DNA of 64,000 bases from an uncultured Melioribacteraceae bacterium. Lineage in GTDB: Bacteria > Bacteroidota > Ignavibacteria > Ignavibacteriales > Melioribacteraceae. The stretch is from assembly GCA_964584325.1 (NCBI GenBank), contig CAZOZP010000004.1, forward strand, positions 3,559-67,558. The letters run 5' to 3'. Positions 1-9,480 of this stretch are shown here, one piece after another. Position 1 is the first letter of the stretch. Each line of letters opens with the position of its first letter. A model generated the notes under the pieces. The model made no database searches. It was not told the origin of the DNA and saw nothing but the letters and a program-made list of their open reading frames with translations. A program made the position numbers and the translations under genes.

Positions 1-179
1 ATATTCTTTGCAAGAATTGTTATTCCCCTTTCTCTTTCCAAATCGTTAGAATCAAGAACCCGTTCTTTAATTACCTGATTATCTCTAAACAAACTGCTTT
101 GTCTTAACATCTGATCTACGAGTGTAGTTTTACCATGATCAACATGCGCAATAATTGCGATATTTCTTATCTTGTGCAC
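1..179 (-). CDS. typA: Translational GTPase TypA/BipA, N-terminal fragment (gene continues beyond the left edge)
   Basis: Minus-strand translation from GTG at 179 reads [59 protein letters not shown], with a G1 AHVDHGKTT motif typical of TypA/BipA. GGAG lies 7 nt upstream of the GTG. Not in the ORF track because it is truncated. Confidence 0.85.
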   Translation of the reverse strand, partial: MHKIRNIAIIAHVDHGKTTLVDQMLRQSSLFRDNQVIKERVLDSNDLERERGITILAKN

Positions 180-359
180 AAATACTCCAAAAATTATAAT
201 TACAAATTAAACAATAATTTATTCCTTATACAAGAAAAGCTTTAATTACTAAGCTTAGCCGGCATAACTATTTCAATATTTAAGAGATAATCAACCAATT
301 TCCAAAATGTTAACCTATCAGAAATATTGCTTATATTTGAACAAAAAAAACAGGGATTT

Positions 360-701
360 ATGAACATTCAGATTTTTGGAACTAAAAAGTGCAGAGATAC
401 AAAAAAAGCTGAGATGTTTTTTAAGGAACGAAGAGTTGCATTTCATTTCCGAGATTTAGCTGAAAAGGGTATAAGTAAAGGTGAACTTGACAATATTTTA
501 CGTTCTGTAAGCCTTGAAATATTATTTGACAAAGAGAGTAAGCAATTTAAAACGCGCAATTTGGAATATATTCTGCATGACCCTGAAACTGAGCTTCTTA
601 GTGATTCGCTATTGTTCAAGACACCGATTGTCAGAAACGGTAACATGGCAACAGTTGGCTATGAACCCGAAGTTTGGCTTAAATGGATAAAAGCTAAATG
701 A
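360..701 (+). CDS. ArsC/Spx/YffB-family (arsenate-reductase-like, thioredoxin-fold) protein
   Basis: MNIQIFGTKKCRDTKKAEMFFKERRV... single N-terminal Cys in a beta-alpha-beta start, typical of the ArsC/YffB family. Start moved to the internal ATG at 360. Confidence 0.7.
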   Translation: MNIQIFGTKKCRDTKKAEMFFKERRVAFHFRDLAEKGISKGELDNILRSVSLEILFDKESKQFKTRNLEYILHDPETELLSDSLLFKTPIVRNGNMATVGYEPEVWLKWIKAK

Positions 702-1320
702 TTCCTCTGATTTTAAATTCTTCTTTCAGATTATCCATTCCAATGAACTGAATTGCATCCCAGCCACAATTAATAGCTCCTTGAGCATATTCCGCAATAT
801 CATCAATAAAAATGTGTTCTTCTGGTAGTAAACCGGTGTAGTCTGTAACAACTTTGTATATTCCGCTTTCCGGCTTCACAAATCCGGTTTCATATGAAAG
901 GATCAGCTTTTCAAAATATTTTAAGAATGAATATTTCTCCCACCCATAAATTCTGTGAATATTATTAGTATTAGAAAGAAGTATGAGTCTGTACTTTTTA
1001 CTAAGTTCCGGCAAAAGTGATGTTAATTCAGTGTTTTCTGTAAATACATCTGAAAATATCCTGCAAAAAGTCTCACTGTCAACTTTATTCTCGGTCCAAG
1101 CCATCATTATTTTAAGAAACTCTGCATCGCTTATTTTACCAGCTTCATAGCTTCTATGTATATCATAATTGTTATGATATTTGCTCATAAATTTTTCTCC
1201 AAGTCCCGGATAATGACGATCTAGTTTTTGTTTGGCAATTGTATAATCAAATGGAATTAAAACATTGCCTAAATCTGAGACTATAACCGATATATTTTTC
1301 TTACTTATTGATTTTACCAT
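694..1320 (-). CDS. HAD-superfamily hydrolase
   Basis: N-terminal DLGNVLI (DxG/DxD-type motif I), LLSNT (motif II), C-terminal IFIDD (motif IV). Confidence 0.7.
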   Translation of the reverse strand: MVKSISKKNISVIVSDLGNVLIPFDYTIAKQKLDRHYPGLGEKFMSKYHNNYDIHRSYEAGKISDAEFLKIMMAWTENKVDSETFCRIFSDVFTENTELTSLLPELSKKYRLILLSNTNNIHRIYGWEKYSFLKYFEKLILSYETGFVKPESGIYKVVTDYTGLLPEEHIFIDDIAEYAQGAINCGWDAIQFIGMDNLKEEFKIRGII

Positions 1321-1392
1321 TTTCGTAAAGTGCTAATAAATTTTTTCTCTTGCTCTAAATTTGTATATTTGCAAATCAACTTGGGTAATTTA

Positions 1393-2034
1393 ATGAAAAT
1401 CAGAATTATTTTCTTACTTATAGTTTTACTTTTTATTTCTTCCTGTTCATCAGAATATCAAATTATAAAACCGGATAAAAATATTATGGAAAAACCATCT
1501 CCTGATTTATATCAAGCAGTATTTGAAACAAACAAGGGAAACTTTATGGTAGAAGTAGAGAGAAAGTTTGCTCCCTTTGCAGCCGACAGATTTTATTTTC
1601 TTGTAAAAAGCGGTTTTTTTAATGATTTAAGATTTTTTAGAGTACTGGATAATTTTGTTGCTCAATTTGGAGCACACGCAGATCCTTCAATTGCTGCTGA
1701 ATGGGAAGATAAGACTTTTCCTGACGATAAAGTAATTAAAAGCAATTTACGTGGAACAGTAACTTTCGCTTCTACAATGAGGCCGAACAGCAGAACCACA
1801 CATATATTTATTAATTATCGTGATAATTCCAGACTTGACGCTATGGGCTTTGCACCATTCGGGAATGTAATAGAAGGAATGGAAGTAGTTGACAGTCTTT
1901 ATTCGGGATATGGGGAGGGTGCACCTTCCGGAAAAGGACCGTCTCAGGAGATTATTGCACGCGAAGGAAACAAATATCTGCTTCGCGAATTCCCTAAACT
2001 CGATTACATTATTAAAGCCTGTATAAAAGAATAA
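1393..2034 (+). CDS. Cyclophilin-type peptidyl-prolyl cis-trans isomerase, lipoprotein
   Basis: FFRVLDNFVAQFG and FASTMRPNSRTTHIFINY cyclophilin-like blocks. Signal peptide with lipobox LFISSC after the internal ATG at 1393. Confidence 0.75.
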   Translation: MKIRIIFLLIVLLFISSCSSEYQIIKPDKNIMEKPSPDLYQAVFETNKGNFMVEVERKFAPFAADRFYFLVKSGFFNDLRFFRVLDNFVAQFGAHADPSIAAEWEDKTFPDDKVIKSNLRGTVTFASTMRPNSRTTHIFINYRDNSRLDAMGFAPFGNVIEGMEVVDSLYSGYGEGAPSGKGPSQEIIAREGNKYLLREFPKLDYIIKACIKE

Positions 2035-2035
2035 T

Positions 2036-2641
2036 ATGGATACAATAAATTTAATATTGCTTATTAGTCTGGTTCTAAGTTTTATTGCCAACATACCTTA
2101 TGCACAAAAGGGACTAAAATCTAATATCATTAAAGTAAAAGAAAAACCTTCTACATTTCTACAATCTTATCCGGCTAATACTTCTGCAGTCATTCTTATT
2201 TTTACAGTTGTTTCGGTTTTCGGTACCTGGACACTAACACCTGAAGATATTAAAGGTATTGTCGCGTTTGAAACCTTGTATTATGTCAGAGTAGTTTTCT
2301 TAGGTGTTTATATCTTAAGTCTAATAGGTCAATATATAGCAATAAAAGAACTTGGGGCAAGCCATTCGCAGGAGATTCTTATCTATAATAATCATAAACT
2401 TGTAACATCTGGGATATATAAAATTTTAAGACATCCTCAATATTTATTTCAAATACTAGGTGATATTGCTGCCGGAATTTCCCTTCTAAGCTATATAATA
2501 TTACCGATTGCTATTATAATCGAACTACCGTTATTTTTTCTTCGTGCAAAATTTGAGGACAAGCTTCTTGAAAAACATTTCAAAGGAGATTATGCCAATT
2601 ATGAAAAAAAAACCGGATCGCTTTTACCATTTATAGGATAG
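2036..2641 (+). CDS. Isoprenylcysteine carboxyl methyltransferase (ICMT/PEMT)-family membrane methyltransferase
   Basis: Multi-TM protein with LVTSGIYKILRHPQY motif characteristic of the ICMT/PEMT family. Confidence 0.7.
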   Translation: MDTINLILLISLVLSFIANIPYAQKGLKSNIIKVKEKPSTFLQSYPANTSAVILIFTVVSVFGTWTLTPEDIKGIVAFETLYYVRVVFLGVYILSLIGQYIAIKELGASHSQEILIYNNHKLVTSGIYKILRHPQYLFQILGDIAAGISLLSYIILPIAIIIELPLFFLRAKFEDKLLEKHFKGDYANYEKKTGSLLPFIG

Positions 2642-2644
2642 TAT

Positions 2645-4147
2645 ATGTTTTTTAGGCTTGTAATAGTTCTATTTTTAGCAGCTAGTATTTTCTCACAAAC
2701 GAAAACTATCGATGTTTTTATTGATGGTTTAGAATACCGGTTAGTATCATATTTTAACAACGGAATTCATTTTGTTTCGTTAGAAGAATTGGCTGGAAGG
2801 CTAAGCGCAAGATATTACTTTGATGCTGAGTATTCAAGTGCTGAGATCCGGGTATCCGATAAATGCCTCAGGTTTACAGACAAAAACAATTTTGTTGTTT
2901 ATTCTGATAAATCTGATAACCGAAAGATTTTTCAAACAAGTATTGCTCCTTATTTTTCCGGAAGTAATATGTTTATCCCATTGGAAATTCACTTGACAAG
3001 TTTATCAAAAGTTTTTGATAAGACTATTACTTTAAAAAAGATACTTTTGGAAGAACAATCTGCGATAGATACTATAACCGAAAGAATAGATTATAATATA
3101 TCCGAAATACTTATAGATGAAAAAGCTAATGGTACTTTAATCAGGTTAAAAAGCAACAAAAAATCAATAAAACACACCAGCTCTGTTCAAAATGGAATTT
3201 TATTCATTCTATTAAACGATGTTACTGCAAATCCTGATATTTCAAAAGAATTCATACCCAAGGGAATGATTAAAGCATTAAATATTCAAAAAATTGGAAG
3301 TACTACTCAAATTGAATTCGCTCTTAATGAAGGCTACGATTCTCATGAAACATTTAACGATTATTCTTCGAAAGATTTGCTAATCTCAATACATAAAAAT
3401 ATTTTCGGTGAGTATGAGAAACTTTCAGATGAAAAGAATAAATGGATATTCGACTGTGTTGTGATAGATGCAGGGCATGGTGGTAAAGATGCCGGTGCTA
3501 TCGGTATTACAGGAGTTAAAGAAAAAGACATAAATTTGAGTATAGCATTAGAATTAGGTAAACTCATTAATAATAATCTGCCAGATGTAAAAGTTGTATA
3601 TACAAGAAATGATGACAGATTTGTTGAACTTTACAAAAGAGGAAAAATTGCTAACGAAAATAACGGAAAATTATTTATTTCTATTCATTGCAATTCTGTT
3701 AGAAAAAATTCTTCTGCCCAAGGGTTTGAAATATATTTACTGCGTCCTGGTAAAACTCAAGACGCAATAGACATTGCTGAATTTGAAAATAGTGTTATAA
3801 AACTTGAAGATAATCCCGACAGATACAAGAAACTTACTGATGAGAATTTCATATTAGTAACTATGGCACATTCATCTTACTTAAAACACTCGGAGAAGTT
3901 TTCTGATATTCTAAATACAAAATTGTTAGGCCTTTCAGGTATAACTTCCAGAGGAATAAAACAAGCCGGATTCTATGTACTTGTAGGTGCTTCTATGCCG
4001 GGAGTACTGTTTGAAACAGGGTTTATTTCAAATAAAAGCGATGAAAAGTACTTGAAGAGTGCAAAAGGACAAAATGAATTGGCTCTGAAACTTTTTGACG
4101 CTGTAAAAGATTACAAATCTTATTATGATAAAATAATTAAAGACTAA
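2645..4147 (+). CDS. N-acetylmuramoyl-L-alanine amidase (Amidase_3 family) with N-terminal extension
   Basis: VIDAGHGGKDAGAIG ... ISIHCNS ... GFYVL ... PGVLFETGFISN, canonical AmiA/B/C-type catalytic blocks. Signal peptide present. Confidence 0.85.
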   Translation: MFFRLVIVLFLAASIFSQTKTIDVFIDGLEYRLVSYFNNGIHFVSLEELAGRLSARYYFDAEYSSAEIRVSDKCLRFTDKNNFVVYSDKSDNRKIFQTSIAPYFSGSNMFIPLEIHLTSLSKVFDKTITLKKILLEEQSAIDTITERIDYNISEILIDEKANGTLIRLKSNKKSIKHTSSVQNGILFILLNDVTANPDISKEFIPKGMIKALNIQKIGSTTQIEFALNEGYDSHETFNDYSSKDLLISIHKNIFGEYEKLSDEKNKWIFDCVVIDAGHGGKDAGAIGITGVKEKDINLSIALELGKLINNNLPDVKVVYTRNDDRFVELYKRGKIANENNGKLFISIHCNSVRKNSSAQGFEIYLLRPGKTQDAIDIAEFENSVIKLEDNPDRYKKLTDENFILVTMAHSSYLKHSEKFSDILNTKLLGLSGITSRGIKQAGFYVLVGASMPGVLFETGFISNKSDEKYLKSAKGQNELALKLFDAVKDYKSYYDKIIKD

Positions 4148-4226
4148 TATGAACACGAATCAGAAATGGATAGCCTCATTCTTACTACTTTTTATTTTGC
4201 TTCTTTTAGCCGTAAATTTATAAAAA

Positions 4227-4257
4227 AGCCGTTATCAATTTTACACTAATAACGGCT
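4227..4257 (-). terminator. Rho-independent terminator of fbaA
   Basis: 9-bp stem AGCCGTTAT/ATAACGGCT with a 13-nt loop. It is followed by a T-run when read on the minus strand (A-run 4222-4227 on plus). Confidence 0.6.
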
Positions 4258-4277
4258 AAATAATTACAAGAGTTAAA

Positions 4278-5309
4278 TTATACGCCTAATGTAGTTCCTT
4301 CACCTCTTAAATCTTTAACTGCCTGAATTACTCTGTCTTTCATTCCGGTTTCAGCTTTCTTCATATAACCTCTTGGGTCATAGTATTTCTTATTACCGAC
4401 TTCCCCGTCAATTTTTAGAACTCCGTCGTAATTCTTAAACATATGCTCAACAATTGGTCTAGTGAAGGCATATTGAGTATCTGTATCAACATTCATTTTT
4501 ATAACACCGTAATCTAGCGTTTCTCTGATCTCTTCAAGTGAAGATCCGCTACCCCCGTGGAATACAAGGAAGAATGCAGCTTCAGGTCCGTATTTTGCAA
4601 CAACCGCATCCTGACCTTCTTTTAATATTGATGGTTTTAATTTAACATTACCCGGTTTATATACACCATGAACATTTCCAAAAGTTGCGGCAAACATAAA
4701 TATTGCATCTTTAATTTCTGAGAGTCTTTCATGAACATACAACATATCTTCCGGAGTCGTATAAAGTTTTTCAGCAGGAGTACCCTCATTGTTTATACCA
4801 TCTTCTTCACCACCGACAACACCGGCTTCAACTTCAAGAATAATTCCAAGTTCTTTACATTCTTGAAGAAGTTTAACAGCTATGTCCATGTTTTCTTTTA
4901 TTGGAAGCTCGCTACCATCGAACATATGTGAATTAAATAAGGGTTTTTCACCTTTTTCAACTCTTTTTCTTGATTCAGCTATAAGGGGAGCAAGAAATGA
5001 ATCAACTTTCTTTGCTTGACAATGGTCTGTATGCAGTGCAACATTTATAGGATATCTATCTGCTACAAGATGGACATGCTGAGCTATTGAAATAGCACCA
5101 AGAGCAGCATCTTTTACTAACTGTCCTGAAGCAAATTCTCCACCACCGGTGGAAACCTGAATAATACCGTCTGATTTTGTCTCTGCAAGGGCTTCAAGAA
5201 CTGCATTTGCTGTTGTTTCTGATGTTACGTTGATTGCCGGATATGCAAATTTATTTTTCTTTGCATTCTGGAGCATTTGCAAGTATTTCTTACTGTCAAC
5301 TACTGGCAT
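4278..5309 (-). CDS. fbaA: Class II fructose-1,6-bisphosphate aldolase
   Basis: 343 aa. YAYPAINV, HTDHC, FHGGSGS and MNVDTDTQ blocks of class II FBA. Confidence 0.9.
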   Translation of the reverse strand: MPVVDSKKYLQMLQNAKKNKFAYPAINVTSETTANAVLEALAETKSDGIIQVSTGGGEFASGQLVKDAALGAISIAQHVHLVADRYPINVALHTDHCQAKKVDSFLAPLIAESRKRVEKGEKPLFNSHMFDGSELPIKENMDIAVKLLQECKELGIILEVEAGVVGGEEDGINNEGTPAEKLYTTPEDMLYVHERLSEIKDAIFMFAATFGNVHGVYKPGNVKLKPSILKEGQDAVVAKYGPEAAFFLVFHGGSGSSLEEIRETLDYGVIKMNVDTDTQYAFTRPIVEHMFKNYDGVLKIDGEVGNKKYYDPRGYMKKAETGMKDRVIQAVKDLRGEGTTLGV

Positions 5310-5438
5310 TTATTTCTCCTTTTTTATTTAATTGAAAATTTTGTTCAGGATATAGTATATTTGTTCTAAACTGATTATGAAAAATAGATATAAAAATGAT
5401 ATTTATCAATTGTATATAACTAATTATAGGATTGTATT

Positions 5439-6077
5439 TTGAAATTAGCAATTTTTGACCTGGATGGAACCATTACTGAATCTCACAAAACTATTTACTA
5501 CTCTGCTGAAAGTGCATTAAAAGAAATGAACATTCCTTTTAACATAGATGAAGCAAGTTTTAAGAAATTTATAGGCATGCCTTTCAAAGATATATTTGCA
5601 CAAAAGAATATTCCTGTTGATAATTATGATAGGTTTCTGAAAATTTATCTTGAATACTATTATCAATTTCTAAATGAAACGATTGTTTATGACGGAATTT
5701 CTTATGTATTTGACATTCTTAAGGAAAATAAAATCGAAATCGCATTATTGACTACGAAAATTCAGAATCAGGCTGAGTACATTCTAAAGCATTTTAATAT
5801 CGCTCAATACTTTAATTATACTATGGGCAGACGAGAAGGGATACCTGTTAAACCATCACCAGTACCTATTTTTAATATTTGTAAAGATCTGAGAATCAAC
5901 CCTGAAGATTCATGTATGGTGGGTGATACTGAAATGGATGTGCTGGCCGGAAAAAATGCGGGCTCTCTTACTGTTGCTGTTACTTATGGTTATCGAGACA
6001 AATATTTCTTAATGGAATATAATCCGGATTATCTTATTGATTATCCTATGGATTTTTTGCAAATACTGAAAAACTAA
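5439..6077 (+). CDS. HAD hydrolase, phosphoglycolate-phosphatase-like
   Basis: MKLAIFDLDGTI (motif I), LLTTK (II), MVGDTEMDVLAGKNAG (IV). TTG start. Confidence 0.75.
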   Translation: MKLAIFDLDGTITESHKTIYYSAESALKEMNIPFNIDEASFKKFIGMPFKDIFAQKNIPVDNYDRFLKIYLEYYYQFLNETIVYDGISYVFDILKENKIEIALLTTKIQNQAEYILKHFNIAQYFNYTMGRREGIPVKPSPVPIFNICKDLRINPEDSCMVGDTEMDVLAGKNAGSLTVAVTYGYRDKYFLMEYNPDYLIDYPMDFLQILKN

Positions 6078-6666
6078 CTATTTTTTTCTTTTTCAATGGT
6101 CTTGTTTCCGCAAAACGGTTTTCTTCACAAAATGTTTTTAGTTTTTCCAGACCTTTTTCAAAATCCGGTCCTAATAAATCATCTATAAAAAATGTCATAT
6201 ACCGACCAAAAGGGTAACTAACCTCTTTTTCTAATTGCCAGGTAACTTTTGTATTTCCGTTGTTTCCTTCAAGCTTTATTATATTTATCATTTGCTTTTT
6301 ATTGTCGGGAGTTGAAGCTGAAAATTCAAACAACGCATCTTTAATACTTCTTATTTCTGAAAATTCTGCTTCTCCCAAGATATTTCCCTTATAAATAAAT
6401 TTTCTTGCAGAACCTTCACCGATATACATTATTTTAATAGTGGAATCAGTATCCGTCCACGGATTCCATCTTGAAAAAGAGTGAATATCTGATACTCTGG
6501 TATATACTTCTGAAACTGGCCTATTGATTATAATTGATTTATTTATAATAAATCTTGGAGGAAGAAAAATCGAAACAAAAAGAAACAATGCCCCAATTGC
6601 CACTATAAAAAGAGTGGTTTTTATTGTGAGTCTTTTTAGTACTTTTAAAATATCTTTGCTTTTCAT
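6046..6666 (-). CDS. SRPBCC (START/polyketide-cyclase-like) family protein with N-terminal membrane anchor
   Basis: N-terminal TM helix, then a roughly 150-aa domain with the pattern typical of SRPBCC proteins (RPVSEVY...W.PW). 3' end overlaps the convergent HAD gene by 32 nt. Confidence 0.5.
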   Translation of the reverse strand: MKSKDILKVLKRLTIKTTLFIVAIGALFLFVSIFLPPRFIINKSIIINRPVSEVYTRVSDIHSFSRWNPWTDTDSTIKIMYIGEGSARKFIYKGNILGEAEFSEIRSIKDALFEFSASTPDNKKQMINIIKLEGNNGNTKVTWQLEKEVSYPFGRYMTFFIDDLLGPDFEKGLEKLKTFCEENRFAETRPLKKKKIVSFSVFAKNP

Positions 6667-6806
6667 GTCAAATCCTGTTTACATTTCTTAAAATGCGACA
6701 ACTGTATTTTACAACGAATACTAATACTCGTTTATTATCAAGATAAATAGAGGACCTTGTTTTATTATCGGCAAATTATATACCATTATATTAAAACAGC
6801 AGTAGG

Positions 6807-8030
6807 TTATTTTTTTCTAAACACAATATGTGTTATTTCCGGTACGGAATTATAACGAATAGGAGCTAAAGACATACCCAATCCCGAATTAACTATAAAA
6901 AGCAAACTCTCAAAACGAAACTCTCCTTTAACGAATGATGTCTCAAATAAAGTAGGAGATAGAAACATCCCTGGAAAAATAAATGATAACTGACCTCCGT
7001 GGGTATGGCCTGCTAGCATCAAGTCAAACTTGTTTTTAACGGCACTCTCAAGAATAAACTTCTTTGGCTGATGTGTAAGAAGAATATTTATATCTGATAT
7101 CGGGTGTTTGCCGATAAGGGCATTAACAAAGCCATTATTGGTTTTCTCAACATAAGTATATGTGACAAATGTAATTCCGATTTCAGCATTTTTATGTTTT
7201 AATGTTTTTTGTCCGTTATCAATCATTGTAATATTGTTATTCAGTAATGCTTTTTTAATTTCATATTTACTTCTTTCAAAATCATCGCGATATGCCCAAT
7301 TGTCATGATCTCCCACACAAGAATATACGCCATATTTTGATTTTATCTTTCCAAGATATTTTGCAGATGTTTCTATATAAACTGGGCTTCCAGTTATAAT
7401 ATCACCACCTATGAGCACTAGATCCGGATTCAGTTTATTTACTTCAGAAACATATTTTGACAATCTGAAGTCGTTTGTATATCTATCTGCCTGAACATCA
7501 GAAATAAAAACTAGATTAAAATCAGTTAAATCCTTATGAAGATTCTCTTTTATGTATATTGTATTCTTTATTTTAACATTTGTAAAATCGTACAGCACTC
7601 TTAAAGGAACATATAAAATAGAGAATAACAGTATTGCCAAAATTAAATAGTCTGCTAAGTGATTTTCTGATGTACTATGCGACTTCCTGAGTTTAACATA
7701 CAATAATTTTACTAAATCTACCGGTATGTATAATAGACAAGCTTGCATCATAATGGTAAAAAGTATCCAGAAGGGAAAAATTATTATAATATCCAGAAAA
7801 AGAGATCCCGGAAACCTGAAATTTACCTGCTCGATGTAATTGATATAAATAAAGTATGAAAAAATTGTTAAGGGATAAGATTGCATTATTGCAAGAAATA
7901 CAATTGACACCCATTTTGTATTTTTAAGTATTGCCGTATTTTTTAGAGCTTTTATGCTCCTTTTTAAGAAATAATATTGAATTATTCCGAAAAAAATTAA
8001 AACAATTAATAGTCTGGTTATTTCAAACAT
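6807..8030 (-). CDS. Membrane-anchored metallophosphoesterase (YkuE/calcineurin-like)
   Basis: About 5 N-terminal TM helices, then ISDVQAD, GGDII, GDHDNW and GHTHGGQ metallophosphoesterase motifs. Confidence 0.8.
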   Translation of the reverse strand: MFEITRLLIVLIFFGIIQYYFLKRSIKALKNTAILKNTKWVSIVFLAIMQSYPLTIFSYFIYINYIEQVNFRFPGSLFLDIIIIFPFWILFTIMMQACLLYIPVDLVKLLYVKLRKSHSTSENHLADYLILAILLFSILYVPLRVLYDFTNVKIKNTIYIKENLHKDLTDFNLVFISDVQADRYTNDFRLSKYVSEVNKLNPDLVLIGGDIITGSPVYIETSAKYLGKIKSKYGVYSCVGDHDNWAYRDDFERSKYEIKKALLNNNITMIDNGQKTLKHKNAEIGITFVTYTYVEKTNNGFVNALIGKHPISDINILLTHQPKKFILESAVKNKFDLMLAGHTHGGQLSFIFPGMFLSPTLFETSFVKGEFRFESLLFIVNSGLGMSLAPIRYNSVPEITHIVFRKK

Positions 8031-8157
8031 ATTTTTCCCGTTTTTTGTTATTAAAATACTAAATGACTCTCTAATAGATAGAACAAATCACAAAATTATT
8101 GTTAGATTTGCTATAATAATTGTCGTTGTTAAAAATAAACACAGAAGGAAAAATTAA

Positions 8158-9465
8158 ATGAAATTTGTTTTTTTACTTTTAATATCGATATCATCAATAT
8201 TTTTTTCTCAACCACGAAAGATTGAATACGATAGATTCTCACTTGACAACGGATTAAAGGTTATATTACATCAAGATCATACGACTCCTATTGTTGCTAT
8301 TTCAGTTACTTATCATGTTGGGTCAAAAAATGAACATCCTGATCGTACCGGTTTTGCTCATTTTTTTGAACACTTGATGTTTGAGGGATCAAAATATATT
8401 TCCAGAGGAGAACTTGATGAAATTTTTGAAAATGCCGGAGCTGAATACAATGCATATACAAACCAAGATAAGACTTTTTATTACCAGGTGCTTCCTTCCA
8501 ACCGATTGGAATTAGGACTCTGGATTGAATCTGAAAGAATGCTTCATTTAAAAATTGACAGCATTGGTGTAGAAACTCAGAGAAAAGTTGTTAAAGAGTA
8601 ACGCAAACAAAGTATTGACAATAAACCTTATGGTTCTTTATTTGAAGAAACTTTTAAAAGAGCTTTTAAAGTTCATCCTTATAAATGGACAACAATTGGT
8701 TCTGCTCAGTATATTGATAAGGCTACTATTGATGAATTTACTGAATTCTATAAAACTTATTATGTGCCCGATAATGCTATATTGTCTATAGCCGGTGATA
8801 TTGATATTTCCCAAACAAAAAAACTTATTACAAAATACTTTGCCGCAATACCCTCCGGTAAAATTAATTATACAAGACCCTTGAAGAATGAACCTAAATT
8901 AACAAAAGAAATTCGGGATGTTGTTTACGATAAAATTCAACTTCCTCTTGTTATTTTGGCTTACCGAATACCTGAGCAAAATAGTCCGGATTACTATTCT
9001 TTGGATATGCTTTCCAGAATTTTATCTTCCGGTGAAACTTCCAGATTAAACAAATCTCTCGTTGATAAAAAACAATTGTCAATTTCCTCAGGTTCTTTTC
9101 AATACTCACTGGAACATCCCGGTCTCTTTATTATTTATGCTTTTGCAAATTCAGGAATTAAACCCGAAACTCTGGAAAAAGCAATGGAAGAAGAAATAAA
9201 TACTATAAAAACAAAATTGATTTCTGATTTTGAAACTGAGAAACTAAAAAATCAGATACAAATGGAATTCATTGCTAAAAATTCCACCTTTGCCGGAATT
9301 GCTGAGAATCTGGCTCATTTTGAACTTTTTTTCGGAAATGCTGATTTAATAAACAAAGAAGTTGATATGTATTTAAGTGTTAAACCAGAGGATATAAAGA
9401 ATACAGCTAGTAAATATTTGAATCCCTCAAATCGCGTAGTTTTATACTATTTACCAAAAAAATAG
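8158..9465 (+). pseudogene. Catalytic M16 (pitrilysin-family) zinc peptidase interrupted by one in-frame TAA at 8599-8601
   Basis: HFFEHLMFEGSK (HxxEH zinc motif) lies in ORF 8158-8601. ORF 8764-9465 is in the same frame. Translation straight through the stop reads QRKVVKE*RKQSIDNKPYGSLFEE...HPYKWTTIG...YYVPDNAILSIAGD, which is continuous M16 sequence of about 435 codons. Confidence 0.8.
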
Positions 9466-9480
9466 ACCGGAGTTCTTTCA

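Noticed and set aside
1330-1392. N-terminal extensions offered by the ORF track (also 327-359, 15188-15283, 25371-25433 and 35008-35040)
   Set aside because: The extensions precede a much better start: an ATG followed by a signal peptide or a conserved N-terminus. They add hydrophobic or low-complexity residues not typical of the families.
8599-8601. Programmed stop-codon read-through or recoding of the TAA in the M16 gene
   Set aside because: No downstream structure or context signal was seen, and TAA is used as an ordinary stop in many genes in this window. Mutation or sequencing error is the simpler explanation.
8588-8791. 67-aa ORF bridging the two M16 fragments, suggesting a double frameshift
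   Set aside because: The flanking fragments are in the same frame, and read-through of the single TAA gives continuous M16 sequence. The bridging ORF is out of frame and low-complexity. The frameshift model was rejected in favour of one nonsense codon.
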